The position numbers and the translations under genes were made by a program. 64,000 nt of DNA, taken from Planctomycetota bacterium (lineage in GTDB: Bacteria; Planctomycetota; PLA2; JAEUHO01). The DNA is taken from positions 6,488-70,487 of the forward strand of contig JANQJW010000103.1 in assembly GCA_028281445.1 (NCBI GenBank), read 5' to 3'. The notes below the pieces were generated by a model. The model searched no databases. It was not told the DNA's origin and saw only the letters and a program-made list of their open reading frames with translations. Below are positions 9,537 through 18,399 of this stretch, in pieces; position 1 is the stretch's first letter, and every line of letters starts with the position of its first letter.

Positions 9537-9692
9537 GCGCGAGACCTCTCTTGCGACAGCCGGTTCACTTGCATCGGCGGCAGGATACGCGAGGCCGGGG
9601 CCGCGAGTATTTGCGACTCGCGTGGGCACCGCCGATACTTGCGGCGAATCAGAAGCACTGCTCGATCGCCGCCAGCACTGGCGGTTTCTGCC

Positions 9693-10145
9693 ATGACGGA
9701 GTCCTCATTCGATTGGCGCGCCGGCGACCTCAAGGCGCGCTGGAAAGCGGTACTGCAGCGCCTCCACGCGGTCCGCACGTATCCCCACCGCTTCGCCGAT
9801 CCGTATCGGTGGGAAGTCGTCAGCGTGGGCGACGACGGCGCCGACCTGATTCTCCACGCCTACTTCCGCAACGGCGAGCGCTATTGCTGCTGCGACCCCG
9901 TGTGCAACTTCGACCTCGGACGGATCGCCGCCCCGCTCCTCGGCCTGGAGCACTGCTCTCAGCTACGGCGCGCAATGGCAGAGGAGTGCATAGACCATCT
10001 GAATCGCGTCCTCGTCCTCGAGCTTCGCGTCACCGTCGAGGGGGGCTCCGTGTTCCACTCGGGAGAGCCTGACGCCGAAGGCAAGCGTACGACCGCGGCT
10101 TTCAGCTATCGGGTCGGCCCGTTCGAGGAGCCAGAGGGTGCGTAG
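9693..10145 (+). CDS. hypothetical protein (CCCDPVCNF Cys cluster)
   Basis: The track ORF 9639 begins at TTG. The first ATG is at 9693 (MTESSFDWRAGDLKARW...). It is divergent from the kinase and has high GC3. No recognisable domain. Confidence 0.5.
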   Translation: MTESSFDWRAGDLKARWKAVLQRLHAVRTYPHRFADPYRWEVVSVGDDGADLILHAYFRNGERYCCCDPVCNFDLGRIAAPLLGLEHCSQLRRAMAEECIDHLNRVLVLELRVTVEGGSVFHSGEPDAEGKRTTAAFSYRVGPFEEPEGA

Positions 10146-10157
10146 GAAGGCGCGCGC

Positions 10158-10922
10158 CTATCGCGAGAGCGCCGTGAAGCTGCAGTCGTCGGGGAAGGTC
10201 CCGCCCCCAAGGCATGACCACACGGCGACGAAGTTCTTGTCCGGCGTCATCACCACGATGAGAGCACCCGCCTCCAGGGGCGGCCCCGGATCGGCGAAAT
10301 CGCCGAGGTAGTGCCCCTTGTTGGCATCGGCGATGGCCAGCGGCACGGCGTTGGTCGACGACGTGCCCGAGGTGAAGTTGCCGGCCGCGTCCACCATGAC
10401 GGAGATGGTCTCGGGGTCGATCGGGTTGAAGCTTCCGCCCATCTCGCACGCGGTTCCGGTCCACGTTGCACCGCGCAACTGGGCGTCGGTGTAGGGCGGA
10501 TCGAAGTTGGTTGCGTTGCGTTGCCAGGCACCGAACGAGAGGAAGTCTCCGACCCAGAGCAGGTGGTTCTTGTCCGCGCTCATGATCAGCATGGCCGTGA
10601 ACCCTGCGGACGTGCCCGTCCCCGTGAACTTGTAGATGCCCCTCGCGGCCGAGGTGAGTGAGAGCGTTCCCTGTCGATTCGACGCGCCGGTCCCCACCGC
10701 ATTGCCCGCGGCGTCCACATCGATCCCCGTCGGTCCTGCGGCCTGGGCAAAGGCGCCTCCGACTGTTGCCGTGCCCGTCGGGCCGAGCCAACTGCCCACG
10801 ATGTCCGAGAACGAGAAGTTCTCGTTTCCGTTGTTGTTGTGGCCGTCCCCGCCGCCGCCGCAGGCAGTCAGTACAAAGCAGGCCACGCACAGAAGCAGTG
10901 CTGTCGGACGTCGAGTCGGCAT
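10158..10922 (-). CDS. lipoprotein, hypothetical. It is a paralog of 60887..61645.
   Basis: The ORF is trimmed to MPTRRPTALLLCVACFVLTACGGG (lipobox LTAC; CAT at 10920-10922). The C-terminal MTPDKNFVAVWSCLGGGTFPDDCSF resembles MSPDKQCVGGTLCADGGSFPDACS of 60887..61645. Confidence 0.65.
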   Translation of the reverse strand: MPTRRPTALLLCVACFVLTACGGGGDGHNNNGNENFSFSDIVGSWLGPTGTATVGGAFAQAAGPTGIDVDAAGNAVGTGASNRQGTLSLTSAARGIYKFTGTGTSAGFTAMLIMSADKNHLLWVGDFLSFGAWQRNATNFDPPYTDAQLRGATWTGTACEMGGSFNPIDPETISVMVDAAGNFTSGTSSTNAVPLAIADANKGHYLGDFADPGPPLEAGALIVVMTPDKNFVAVWSCLGGGTFPDDCSFTALSR

Positions 10923-11022
10923 GGGGTGGGCTCCACGAGAGAGAATCGAAGGCCGCACAGGATTGCCCAGGCGTCTCCGCGGCGTCAACACCCGCGACCG
11001 CGAAGTCCGCTAGGCTTTCGCG

Positions 11023-11895
11023 ATGAGCTCCGCGCCGTGGACCGCCGACCATGATCTCGACGCCGACGGCGCCAAGGCCCGCCTCGTGGAGGCGTTCCCG
11101 GAGCTCCAGCCGCGCGACGTCCGCTACTTCGCCGAGGGCTACGACTTCCGGATGTTCGAAGTCGACGGCACCTGGCTGTTCCGATTCCCCAAGCGACAGC
11201 AGGAGATCGAACGACTCGCCCGCGAAGTCGCCCTGATGGACGTGCTCAACGATCGGCTACCCGTATTGGTCCCGCACTTCGCGTGGCGCGCTCCGGGCCT
11301 CGCCGGGTATCGCAGACTCGACGGCCTGCCGATGGTCGGTCAGCCGACCACGGCCGCGTTCGGCGCGACGCTCGCCGAGTTCGTGTCCGCGCTGCAGGCC
11401 GTCGACGTCGAGGGCCTAGCCCTCCCCGGAGAGTTCGACCACGGCGGGACGGAGAAGCTCCTCGCGGACGTGCGTGCGGGGCTCGACGCGGCGGAGCCAG
11501 AGATGGACAAGGCCTTGCACGCCCGCTGCGCGGCGCTGCTCGACATGGACGCACCGGCAGCCTTCAGCGGTTCGGCGCAGCTCGTGCACAACGACATCTA
11601 CCCCGCCCACCTGCTCCTTGGTGCAGATGGCGGGATCGCCGCCGTGCTGGACTGGGGCGACGCGACGATGGGTGATCCCGTCGCCGACCTCGTCGTGGCC
11701 TACTTCTGGGGTGGTCCGAGGTTGTTCGACGTCGCGCTCGGACGCTACGCAGGCGACGTCGATGCGGACTCCCGGGAACGCGCCCACTTCGGCGGCATCT
11801 GCATGGCGATCGGCCACATCACGTACGGCGCACGCACCGGCGAGACGGACTTCCTGCGGACCGGGTGCGAGGCGCTGAACCGGATGGATCTCTAA
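11023..11895 (+). CDS. APH-fold phosphotransferase (aminoglycoside/choline kinase family)
   Basis: Motifs LVHNDIYPAHLL (HxDxxxxN catalytic loop) and VLDWGDATMGDP (DWG/DxG metal site) are present. Confidence 0.8.
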   Translation: MSSAPWTADHDLDADGAKARLVEAFPELQPRDVRYFAEGYDFRMFEVDGTWLFRFPKRQQEIERLAREVALMDVLNDRLPVLVPHFAWRAPGLAGYRRLDGLPMVGQPTTAAFGATLAEFVSALQAVDVEGLALPGEFDHGGTEKLLADVRAGLDAAEPEMDKALHARCAALLDMDAPAAFSGSAQLVHNDIYPAHLLLGADGGIAAVLDWGDATMGDPVADLVVAYFWGGPRLFDVALGRYAGDVDADSRERAHFGGICMAIGHITYGARTGETDFLRTGCEALNRMDL

Positions 11896-14789
11896 CCGGG
11901 CAAGCCCCACAGCACCCACGCCGCCCAGTAGTACGGGTGCGCCCACTTCTTCTGCGATCTGACGTGCGCTTGGGCCTTGCGCAACGCAGCGGCCGGAGCG
12001 ATGCCCTCGCCGTCTTTCGGGTTCCAGAGCTCGTAGAACTTGATCATCAGCGCCTGGGTCGCCTCGTCATCAACCTTCCAAAGGGAACAGAGAACGCGCG
12101 GCGTGCCGGCGTACATGAAGCTACGCGCGATGCCCATGATGCCCTCGGCGCGCATGAGGCTGCCTCGGGAGGTCTCGCACGCCGACAGCACGGCCAGATC
12201 CGCCGCGAGCTCCATCGTCGCGAGATCGCGTCCGTCCAGGAAGGGATCGACATCCTCCTGCTCGGTCAACGCAAGAGACGAGAAGAGCGGCCGCTGTGCA
12301 TCGATCAATCCGTGGCAGGCAAAGTGCACGGCGCGCCAGCGCTCCCGCGTCGCCAGCTTCTCCACGAAGCCGGGTACGGTCGCCGCCGCGCCGAGGAGCA
12401 CGACGTCACCAACAGCCTTCGCCTCGGCGCGTGTGGCAGGGAGCGGAAGCAGCGTGCGGCCGCGCAGGAAGACACGCTTGGAACTCTCGTGCATCGCGGC
12501 GTAGTCGGGATCGCCGACCGCCAGCACGCCCTTCCCCTCCGTCCATGCCTCCTCGACGAGATGCACATGCGTGGATCCCGACGGTGTCAAGGCGACCGGA
12601 AGGTCGAACAGAACACCGAAGGGCACGTACGCCAGGAAGTCCTCGGGCGCGACGATCACCTGCGTCACGGCATCCCCTAGTGCGAGGGGGTTCACGAGCG
12701 CTGCCCGCAGACGCGCGAGGGCCGGCGTGGCCTGCTGCTTCGGGTCGTCCAGCCTGAGTGCCTCGTAGGCCTCGCGTACGGCCGTGTAGGCACTGCACCG
12801 CACGAGACGCGCGCTGTCCGCCGTGATCACGCATGCGATCACCGGATCGCCGGCGCCGTACACGACGAGGGCTTGTCCCGGTTCCAGCAGATCCTGGATC
12901 TCCTCGGGCGTCGCCGCTCGTGGATACACGAGCTGTGCCTTGCGCTTGCGCAGTCGTTGGATTCGACCCAGTGCGGCCTGCACGCGCTCGCGTGCCGCGT
13001 CGAGTTGTTCCCCGAGGGTCCTGACCTCTGCGAGCGGCTTGCGCGCGACGACGGCCTGCTCGTACGCCGCACGGGCCGCGCGCTCCGCTGCTTCTGCCTC
13101 GGCCTTGCTCTTCAGATGCTCCGAGGGAACGACGCCCTCGAGGCGAAGCGCATCGCTGCCCCGCAGGCGCTCCATCAACGAACCCGCGCGCCCGCTCTCC
13201 AAGAAGAGAAGCGTCTTCGCCACATCGCCAAGCTGGAAGGCCGCGGCGGTGCCCACGGCGAAGAGACTCATGTGCTCGCCACGCATTCGCGCCGAGCTGG
13301 TGTCGTCCAACCCACCAAGCTGGTGCTCGATCTGCGCCAAGCCCGCTTCCGCCGCGCGGAGGGCGTCCGCGTACCGCTTGCCCTCGAGGTAACAAACCGC
13401 CAGTTCCGTCTGGATCTCCGACGCCGCCCGTGCAAGCCGCATGCGCTGCGCCTCACGGAGCGCTTGCTCGAGGTACTCGATGCCCTTCGCCGTCCGCCCC
13501 GTGCGCTTGTGAGCGAGCCCGAGGGCCTCGAGGATCCGGACGACCTCGGCACGATCCATCACCTCCTTCGAGACGCCCAGAGCGCGCTCGTAGTGTTCGA
13601 TGGCCTCCTCGAAGTTCTTCTTCTGCTGCTCGACGTGTCCGAGCATCGTCAGCGCGTTCCCAACGCCGCGCCGATCGTGGATCTTCTCGCGCAGAGCCAG
13701 CGTCTCTTCGAGCAGTGTCGAGGCGCGGTCCAGATCCGCGCTCTGTCCTCGCAAGATCTCTGCGCTCGCCATGTTCCCTAGTCCGACCGAGAGAGACTGG
13801 AGGTTGTTGGTCTTGCGCGCCAACTCCACGGCCTTCTCCAGATACCGGAGTGCGGTCTCCTGATCGCCCACGGCGCTCCACGCGTTGGACAGGCTGAGGA
13901 GTGCTCCGGGATAGTTGCGGGGTACGTCGGTCTTGACCACTTCGGCCGCCTCTTCGAGCACGTGCAGCGCGTCGGCATAGCGCCCGAGCTCAAGGAAGAC
14001 GGCTCCGAGATTCAGCTGCGTCCGGGCAGCGCCACCGCGGTCTCCCTGGCCGCGCTTGAGTTGCACGGACTTGCGCCAGTACGTCACGGCGCGGTCGTAC
14101 ATGGCGCGTTGGAAGTAGACGTAGCCGAGGTTCGTCAGGTACCGCGCCTGTGCGGCGGGCTCCTGGATCCTCTCGGCGATCTTGAGTGCGTTTCGCAGCA
14201 GCTTCGTCGCGCCGCGCAAGTCGCCCCCCATGATCGCGCTGCGCGCTTCGTCGGACTGCGCCCGCGCAGCGCCGCCGATCCACCCCAGTGCCTCGGCGGC
14301 CTTCGCTGCGCGTGCCTGGATCTTGGCACTCGCGGCGGGTCCGTCGACGTAGAGGTGCGCGTGTCCGCGGTGGAGCTCGACCAGGATCCGGGACACGGTG
14401 TCCAGCTCATCGCCCAGCGCGTCGGCGATGGGCAGCACGGCCTGGGGTTCACGCCGGCGAATCGCTGCCGTTGCATCGGCCAGCGCCTTGGCGAGCTTGG
14501 GATCGGGCCCTACCTCTTGGCGTGCGGTCAGATAGGCCACGAGACCCTCTGCACCTGGCCGCTTCACCGCCTCCGCGTAGGCGAGGGCCGCCTCCGTCTT
14601 CCCTTTCTGGAAGATCGTGTCGGCGAGAATCCACGCGTCATGCGGCTCGGCCGCGATGCGAGCCATCCGCTCCGCGTCTTTCGCCTCGAAGGCCTCGAGG
14701 ATGCGCTGGATGGGCGTAGGAGGCTCTTCGGCGAACGCCAGCGCGGGCACGAGCACCAGAGCCAGGCAGGCAAGGCGGGTCGCGGACAT
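11892..14789 (-). CDS. secreted TPR-repeat protein with a C-terminal CHAT (caspase-like) protease domain
   Basis: Signal peptide MSATRLACLALVLVPALAFA. About 600 aa of TPR-like repeats follow. The C-terminal CHAT has the His motif RAVHFACHGLID and the Cys motif LAVLSACETSRGS, then VLCSLWKVDDEAT...HPYYWAAWVLWGLPG. Confidence 0.85.
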   Translation of the reverse strand: MSATRLACLALVLVPALAFAEEPPTPIQRILEAFEAKDAERMARIAAEPHDAWILADTIFQKGKTEAALAYAEAVKRPGAEGLVAYLTARQEVGPDPKLAKALADATAAIRRREPQAVLPIADALGDELDTVSRILVELHRGHAHLYVDGPAASAKIQARAAKAAEALGWIGGAARAQSDEARSAIMGGDLRGATKLLRNALKIAERIQEPAAQARYLTNLGYVYFQRAMYDRAVTYWRKSVQLKRGQGDRGGAARTQLNLGAVFLELGRYADALHVLEEAAEVVKTDVPRNYPGALLSLSNAWSAVGDQETALRYLEKAVELARKTNNLQSLSVGLGNMASAEILRGQSADLDRASTLLEETLALREKIHDRRGVGNALTMLGHVEQQKKNFEEAIEHYERALGVSKEVMDRAEVVRILEALGLAHKRTGRTAKGIEYLEQALREAQRMRLARAASEIQTELAVCYLEGKRYADALRAAEAGLAQIEHQLGGLDDTSSARMRGEHMSLFAVGTAAAFQLGDVAKTLLFLESGRAGSLMERLRGSDALRLEGVVPSEHLKSKAEAEAAERAARAAYEQAVVARKPLAEVRTLGEQLDAARERVQAALGRIQRLRKRKAQLVYPRAATPEEIQDLLEPGQALVVYGAGDPVIACVITADSARLVRCSAYTAVREAYEALRLDDPKQQATPALARLRAALVNPLALGDAVTQVIVAPEDFLAYVPFGVLFDLPVALTPSGSTHVHLVEEAWTEGKGVLAVGDPDYAAMHESSKRVFLRGRTLLPLPATRAEAKAVGDVVLLGAAATVPGFVEKLATRERWRAVHFACHGLIDAQRPLFSSLALTEQEDVDPFLDGRDLATMELAADLAVLSACETSRGSLMRAEGIMGIARSFMYAGTPRVLCSLWKVDDEATQALMIKFYELWNPKDGEGIAPAAALRKAQAHVRSQKKWAHPYYWAAWVLWGLPG

Positions 14790-14914
14790 GGGCGAAGCCT
14801 CCGGGTGCGCGAATGGTAGCCGCCCAATTGCGAAGCGCTAGTAGGCCGGAACTCTCGCCGCAGGATCGCGTCCAAGAACAGGGCGAACGCCCTCGTGGGA
14901 GGCCATCGGTGCGC

Positions 14915-16021
14915 ATGCGGATTCGTTTCAGCGTTTTCCTGACCCTCGTGTTCGCCACTCCTCTTCTCGCAATTGCGGGAGACATCCACCCCGACGATCG
15001 CGCGCTCATCGAGATCCTGGTCAGGGCGAAGGCCGCGACGAACGAGTCGGCACTTGCGAAGGCTGCGGGCACGAGCGCGCGCGACACGCGGATCGTGGGT
15101 CCGGACGCGCGCTGGATGCGCTTCGCCCGCGGCGGCGATGAGGTGACCATCTGGATCGACGCGATCGTGCATCGATCCACGGTCGCAGCCATCCGCTTGC
15201 GGAGTCTCGGCGGCAGCGATACGTGGAAGCAGGCAGCCGCCAAGGCGCTTGGAAACATGGCCAGCGTCAAGAAGGACGGCCTGGATCACCGCCTGGAACA
15301 CACGCAACCGTTGGATCGGTACCGCAAGGCTACGCACGCGATGTTCAAGACGCCGCCGGCGACGCCTTGGGGCGGGTTCACGGACGACGTGCGCACGCTC
15401 ATGGATCCGCTGGGTGACCTCGACTACGGCACGAGCTGCTACGAAGCCGGCGAGGCGCCGCCCGGTCGCCCCGCGGCCGATCGACTTCGACTCCAAGGCA
15501 ACTGGAGTGCTTTCGCCGCGATCCTCAAGGGGCTCAACCCGGAGGGCAGGCTCTATGCGGCGCAAGCGCTGTTGCTGCTGGCCGCCGAGGGGGTGCCCGT
15601 GTCGAAAGACGCCCGGGACGCCATCGACGTCGTGCGCCGGATGAAGGTCCAGGTGAGCACGTGCAATGGAAGTCTGGTCCAGGACCGCACACCGCACGAG
15701 GTCATGGGCGAGCCCGGCTTCCTCGTAGAGCGCGCGTGCACCATCCTCGAGCAGGTACGCGTCGACGGCGCGCGCGTCGAGAACCGGTTCATCATCGTGT
15801 ATTGGGACGGCACGTATGCCGTTCGTCATCGCCTGCTGACCCCGATGCCCCCGGACTCTCCGCGGATGCTGCGAGGACGACTCACACGCAGGGTCTTCGA
15901 CGAGATGGTCGCCTTCCTCCGCACGGCGAGGACGAAGCTACAGTTCGTAGTCGACGCAGATGGCACGCCGCTGCCGGCGGCCATCGCCGCGGTGGCCCGC
16001 GAGGTTCCCAGGACACGCTGA
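14915..16021 (+). CDS. secreted hypothetical protein
   Basis: The ORF is trimmed to MRIRFSVFLTLVFATPLLAIAG (signal peptide; ATG at 14915). No recognisable domain. Confidence 0.6.
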   Translation: MRIRFSVFLTLVFATPLLAIAGDIHPDDRALIEILVRAKAATNESALAKAAGTSARDTRIVGPDARWMRFARGGDEVTIWIDAIVHRSTVAAIRLRSLGGSDTWKQAAAKALGNMASVKKDGLDHRLEHTQPLDRYRKATHAMFKTPPATPWGGFTDDVRTLMDPLGDLDYGTSCYEAGEAPPGRPAADRLRLQGNWSAFAAILKGLNPEGRLYAAQALLLLAAEGVPVSKDARDAIDVVRRMKVQVSTCNGSLVQDRTPHEVMGEPGFLVERACTILEQVRVDGARVENRFIIVYWDGTYAVRHRLLTPMPPDSPRMLRGRLTRRVFDEMVAFLRTARTKLQFVVDADGTPLPAAIAAVAREVPRTR

Positions 16022-16030
16022 GCAAATGCG

Positions 16031-17167
16031 CTAGCGCGGCGCCCGCACAGGCTTCCAGCGTCGGTCGTCGAGGAGCTCCAATTCTTCCTCGATGAGTTCC
16101 TCACCGGCCATGGCCACGCCGTTCGAGAACCCGAAGAGGCCACGGCGCCTACCGACCGGGACAGGCTCGAAAGCGGGCACTTGATCCGTGGGCAACACGT
16201 CACGCAACGAGGAAATGTCCATGGGGCCGCGACGCAGAGCGACCGCGTGATGCGTACCTCGCGCCGCCTCGCCGATCCAACGCTGCATGGGAACGTCGCG
16301 CAGCTTGTACGAGATCCCGTCGAACATGTATGCATACACATTGGCGCCGAGCGCCTCGTCCATCGTCGCGACGATAGCCGACCAGTGTGTGCCGGGCGTC
16401 GCTCGCATGACCATGAAGAGCGCGTCGGCTGCCTCGGCCCTGCGCTCTGCCAGCGCCCGGGCGAGGGCACCAGGGGGATCGGGGGTAGAGGCAGGCTCGA
16501 CGCGCACGTCGAGGTCGATGCCGGCCACGAGACGCCCCCCACACACGCCCCGGTCACTCGGCAGGAAGACCGCGATCGTCCCGCGTTGCCCGTCCTGCCC
16601 CTGCACGGCGACGAACAACCTGACCAGACGCACCTTCATGTCCACGAAAGCTCGCAGCACGCGGTCCACCAACGCATACGGCACGCGCCGGTCGATCTGC
16701 AACAGCACGTCATCGCGCCGTACGAAAGGACGAAACGCCTTGTCCTCGGCCGCGGGAACGGGATCGCGAGGCGGCAGGTCCGCGAGTGTTCGCTTCGGGT
16801 CCGAGGAGGCGGCGGTCTTTTTCTCGGTGACTCCCTCGTCGGTGCCTTCCTCCTGGATGACCTCCTCCTCAGTGACACCGCTGGTCGAATCGCTCCAACC
16901 TGGCATCGGCCCCAGTCGCTCCCGTAGGGCAGACGCGAGGTTCTCGAGCGGGCAGGTCCCGTCCTCCAGGTGGATACGGCCCAGCGAGTCGACGGCAAGG
17001 GTCAGGCGGCCTGCCCGCGGAGGTGTGGCGCCAAAGCGAGCCGCCACGGGAAGTTCGATCGACGGATCGATGAGGGCATTTGCCTCCGTGTCGCCGTCCC
17101 CACAGCCAAGGGGAAGGCACGCGAGCAAGGCGCAGACCAGCGCCGCGACGCGATGACGAACGTGCAT
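16031..17167 (-). CDS. lipoprotein, hypothetical
   Basis: MHVRHRVAALVCALLACLPLGCGDG lipobox. An acidic low-complexity linker (EEEVIQEEGTDEGVTEKK) is present. High GC3. Confidence 0.65.
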   Translation of the reverse strand: MHVRHRVAALVCALLACLPLGCGDGDTEANALIDPSIELPVAARFGATPPRAGRLTLAVDSLGRIHLEDGTCPLENLASALRERLGPMPGWSDSTSGVTEEEVIQEEGTDEGVTEKKTAASSDPKRTLADLPPRDPVPAAEDKAFRPFVRRDDVLLQIDRRVPYALVDRVLRAFVDMKVRLVRLFVAVQGQDGQRGTIAVFLPSDRGVCGGRLVAGIDLDVRVEPASTPDPPGALARALAERRAEAADALFMVMRATPGTHWSAIVATMDEALGANVYAYMFDGISYKLRDVPMQRWIGEAARGTHHAVALRRGPMDISSLRDVLPTDQVPAFEPVPVGRRRGLFGFSNGVAMAGEELIEEELELLDDRRWKPVRAPR

Positions 17168-17219
17168 GAGGAACCCCTCGGCGGGGAACGGGTCGGCTCC
17201 GAGTCTACCGCACGCGGAG

Positions 17220-18266
17220 CTACCTGGCCCGCGGGAGCTTCAGCGTCGAGCCGGACGCAAACACCTGTGCCTCTGCCGCGAACTGCCCCATACCGACGAC
17301 TTCCAGGTCGTACGCCGTCGCGGCCGCGACGAAGGGGAGCGACACCCAGCCTTCACGATCCGTCTTCACCGTCGGAGATCGCCAGATGCGCGTGTAGTAG
17401 TTGGGTTCCGGATGACGCCAGTCCAGCGTGACGCGGCACTCGGCCAGCGGCTTGCCGCCGGGCGAGAGGAGTCGCACCCGCATCGTCGACGGTTCAGGGA
17501 CCGTGATCCGGCCGAGCTCGCCGACCGGCTTGTCCTTGCCCATCTTCGAAGAAGGAACATCCAGTCGCACCGGTGGACGATCGGGCGCCGAAGCTACAAC
17601 CAGGTAGCTCGCCGCCTTCACGGTCGTAACCTCGAACCGGCCCTGGTCGTCCGCATCGTGTCCACTGCGGATCGCCGTGAAGGCGTCCTCCTGGTACCGA
17701 TCCTGCCGACCCCAACGTCCCAGCTCCGGCCAACGAGCGGGCACGTCGCCGTACCCGTGCGACGAGCCGCCCGGCGTGAAGGCAAAGACGTCGACGCGCG
17801 CCCCGGGCACCCCCTTGCCTTGCGCGTCGACAACATGCCCGCGGACCACACCGGTGAATGACAGCACGACGTCCTTCATCACATGCTGCGTGTTGCCTTC
17901 GCTCCCTTCCTTCCGATCCAGGACGACGGCACGAGTGGGATAGCCGGGCGCCGAAGCCGCGACACCGCGGAGCCGCAGGGTACGTCCTCGCGCTGCGCCG
18001 AGCCGATAGCGACCGTCGGCGTCCGTCGTTGCGAAGAGCATCGGCTGCCGCCCGCGCACCTTCGCGGCGACGGTGGCGCCGGCGATCGGCTTGCCCTTCT
18101 CGTCAACGACGCGACCTCGAATCCCCGGGGATTCGGAAGCCTCCTCGGCGCATGACGGCGGGGCGCACAGCAGCAGGATCAGGATGCATAGGACGGACAG
18201 GTTTCGATGTGCGGTTGTGTGGCTCCTGTTGGCCGGAGTCCAGGCCGTGCTGCGCCGGCTGCTCAT
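17220..18266 (-). CDS. secreted protein with carboxypeptidase regulatory-like (CarbopepD_reg) beta-sandwich repeats
   Basis: A signal peptide is followed by repeated IRGRVVDEKGKPIAGATVAA...TDADGRYRL and VRGHVVDAQGKGVPGARVDV...DDQGRFEV units typical of CarbopepD_reg domains. Confidence 0.65.
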   Translation of the reverse strand: MSSRRSTAWTPANRSHTTAHRNLSVLCILILLLCAPPSCAEEASESPGIRGRVVDEKGKPIAGATVAAKVRGRQPMLFATTDADGRYRLGAARGRTLRLRGVAASAPGYPTRAVVLDRKEGSEGNTQHVMKDVVLSFTGVVRGHVVDAQGKGVPGARVDVFAFTPGGSSHGYGDVPARWPELGRWGRQDRYQEDAFTAIRSGHDADDQGRFEVTTVKAASYLVVASAPDRPPVRLDVPSSKMGKDKPVGELGRITVPEPSTMRVRLLSPGGKPLAECRVTLDWRHPEPNYYTRIWRSPTVKTDREGWVSLPFVAAATAYDLEVVGMGQFAAEAQVFASGSTLKLPRAR

Positions 18267-18399
18267 GGTGCTTACTCCCTGCCACCGAGGGCGTTGTGCA
18301 TCCTAGTGTGACTCCATGCGGTCAGAGAGCCCCGCCCACCGGGCTCCCCATTCGCAGAACACCTGAACCGGAACCCGGGTTTGCTCCGTTACCCCTGTC

